Below are positions 62,291-64,000 of a stretch of 64,000 nucleotides of DNA, one piece after another. The notes under the pieces are model-generated. The model saw only the letters and a program-made list of their open reading frames with translations, was not told where the DNA came from and searched no databases. The position numbers were made by a program, and so were the translations under genes. The first letter of the stretch is position 1. Every line of letters starts with the position of its first letter. Source of the DNA: an uncultured candidatus Brocadiaceae bacterium. GTDB lineage: Bacteria; Planctomycetota; UBA11346. The DNA is taken from NCBI GenBank assembly GCA_964652775.1, contig CAZZAM010000001.1, positions 128,023 through 192,022 of the forward strand, given 5' to 3'.

Positions 62291-64000
62291 TTAGAAACTG
62301 CCCAGCGCAGCACCGATATCCATGGGATTCACCGGCGCCAAAGCGGTGAAGTCAAAATCGGGGAAGACGTCGCGCGGATAGAACGCGGCGACGTCCTTGC
62401 CCGCGCCATGCGCCGGACCGTCTGGCCGTAGCGTATAATCGAGCGCAGCGGGATCCTTGAACAACGTCGTCTGGTCTTTGACCACCAACTCCGTTTCGCC
62501 CAACTTCCAACCATAGCGATCGGCCTGAAATGTTCCAAGCGAGGTAAAGATATTGTGGCTGCGTCCGATGCGCTCGGGGGCCTTATGGTTGAATGCCCCA
62601 CCATCAATGATGTTGTTCATGACGATGTATTCCTTCTTGGCATCGCCGCCGATGCTGAGCGACGCACCAACCGTGGCTCGCGCCATCGTATTATTCAGAA
62701 ACACAATCTTGCCCGTCGCCCATGGACCACGACTCGTATTCGGCCATTCGTTGACGTTCTTGTTATTGCCAACGCCATCGGTGACGTTGTTGATGAACCA
62801 TAGATTGCCGCTGTCTTGGAACGTGATCGGGGTCTGCGCCTCGGTGATCAGATTGCCGACCACCAAGATATTTTCGCAAGCGATGTAGAGCGTCAGGCCA
62901 TTGGCATGCGTGGCATAGATATTGGTGATGACATTGCCAATGATCTGAACGCGCCGCCCATGATAGACCGGCAATCCTGTGCCGCCGGAGAACTCGATGC
63001 GATTCTTGCGCACGACGGCGTCCTCGACATCGGACAGAAAAATGCCGCGGTTGCCGATGTTCCAGGCAACGTGGTTGCCCTCGACCAACGCCTTCCGGGT
63101 ATGGGCCAGATGGATCCCGCCATACCCGTTTTCGTCGCTCGCGTTATGGGTGACGACATTATTGCGGACGACAATCCCGGTGCTGGGCTTTGTCGCGTCA
63201 GCGTTCGCGCAGATGCCGGTGCCTTCCAACATGCCAGTGCCACTGAATTTCCTGACCACGAAGCCATCGATCTCGACATAGCTCTGCGTGCCGAGATCGA
63301 ATCCACGCATGCGATGCGAAGCCGAAATCCGCTCGTCAAGCCGCTCAGCGTTCCGCGGCCACAACAGCAGTCGACGCTTGCCGTCAGCAGCCGGACCGCT
63401 GAGAAAAAACTCGCCCGGCGTATCGATCGCATGCGGACTGTTCTTGATCGCAAAAAACTGATCACGCTTGTCATCGTAGATCGCGCCTTTCCCGAGATCC
63501 TTAAATACAATCCGATGTTCGCCGGGAACAAACGCATCAATCTCGCGGATGCGGATGCGATTGTCGTTCACCCACATCAACGCGAGGGCATCCTTAAACG
63601 AGTTCTCTGCGTTCTGCTGCAGATGCTCGGGCGATACAATCGACGTCAGCGTGATGTTGTCGTGCTTCACTGGAAAAAACGAATCCGTCCGGTTGTAGAA
63701 GAAGAAGTCCTTGGGATTCGGATCCTGCGCCGGCCACAGGAATTCGTCGGCTTGCATAGCCGGGTTAAACTCATGGAGATTGATCCGAAACGGAGAGTCC
63801 GCCGCGACCATCGCGGTAAAAATCTCGGAAAATCGCGGACTCCCATAGGCCTCTTCCGGACTGGCGCAACGCTTCCAGCCGGTTACCGGATCCGACCCAT
63901 CAAGTATCGCACGACCGTCGCCCCACCCGGTGCCCTTATAGATGATGCGCGCTGTCGCCGTGCCGCTGGCCGGAACACGAATGCTGCCGCGATACACCAC
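62291..64000 (-). CDS. Right-handed parallel beta-helix repeat protein (N-terminus beyond window)
   Basis: At least 569 aa with repeated rungs 'VVRNNVVTHN', 'VEGNHVAWN', 'VRKNRIEF', 'IIGNVITN', 'VVGNLITE', 'FINNVTDG', 'FLNNTMA' and 'VMNNIIDG'. This indicates a pectate-lyase/polysaccharide-lyase-type fold. Confidence 0.75.
   Translation of the reverse strand: MVYRGSIRVPASGTATARIIYKGTGWGDGRAILDGSDPVTGWKRCASPEEAYGSPRFSEIFTAMVAADSPFRINLHEFNPAMQADEFLWPAQDPNPKDFFFYNRTDSFFPVKHDNITLTSIVSPEHLQQNAENSFKDALALMWVNDNRIRIREIDAFVPGEHRIVFKDLGKGAIYDDKRDQFFAIKNSPHAIDTPGEFFLSGPAADGKRRLLLWPRNAERLDERISASHRMRGFDLGTQSYVEIDGFVVRKFSGTGMLEGTGICANADATKPSTGIVVRNNVVTHNASDENGYGGIHLAHTRKALVEGNHVAWNIGNRGIFLSDVEDAVVRKNRIEFSGGTGLPVYHGRRVQIIGNVITNIYATHANGLTLYIACENILVVGNLITEAQTPITFQDSGNLWFINNVTDGVGNNKNVNEWPNTSRGPWATGKIVFLNNTMARATVGASLSIGGDAKKEYIVMNNIIDGGAFNHKAPERIGRSHNIFTSLGTFQADRYGWKLGETELVVKDQTTLFKDPAALDYTLRPDGPAHGAGKDVAAFYPRDVFPDFDFTALAPVNPMDIGAALGSF

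Overview
This is a GC-rich (about 55-60% by eye), gene-dense chromosomal segment. I found no rRNA, tRNA, CRISPR array, transposase or integrase. Three traits suggest a PVC-superphylum (Verrucomicrobiota-like) bacterium, though this is an inference only: many prepilin-type 'GFTLIELLVV' N-termini, several ECF sigma/FecR modules, and a heavy glycoside-hydrolase load.

Layout:
- 0-12 kb: regulators (Rrf2, LacI), sugar oxidoreductases, and a beta-helix/transglutaminase lipoprotein.
- 12-30 kb: a glycan-utilisation locus without SusC/D. It holds 2x GH9, a GH42-like protein, GH88/105, CocE/NonD, a CE1-like esterase, and SSF and Na/Pi-type transporters. Its promoter regions share a GCTGAATTCAGC palindrome.
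- 31.3-40.2 kb: an operon of five hugely expanded GspG/H/I/J/K-like pseudopilins. This is my top candidate for a novel system.
- 40.5-47.3 kb: a CAP-domain protein, an orphan pseudopilin, an ECF sigma/FecR pair, and an ECF-sigma-TM-lyase-like fusion.
- 47.3-53.4 kb: a sugar-modifying block that includes a desaturase-Rieske-NqrF-like reductase fusion.
- 53.9-58.2 kb: three tandem esterases, an AraC regulator and a PhyH dioxygenase.
- 58.3-64 kb: a second ECF-sigma fusion next to its free lipoprotein paralogue and a beta-helix protein.

A family of ~150-nt hairpin repeats, whose arms are built from 8-nt tandem units, is scattered through the window. One copy lies inside the pseudopilin operon.

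All functional calls come from motifs I recognised by eye. No database search was run.
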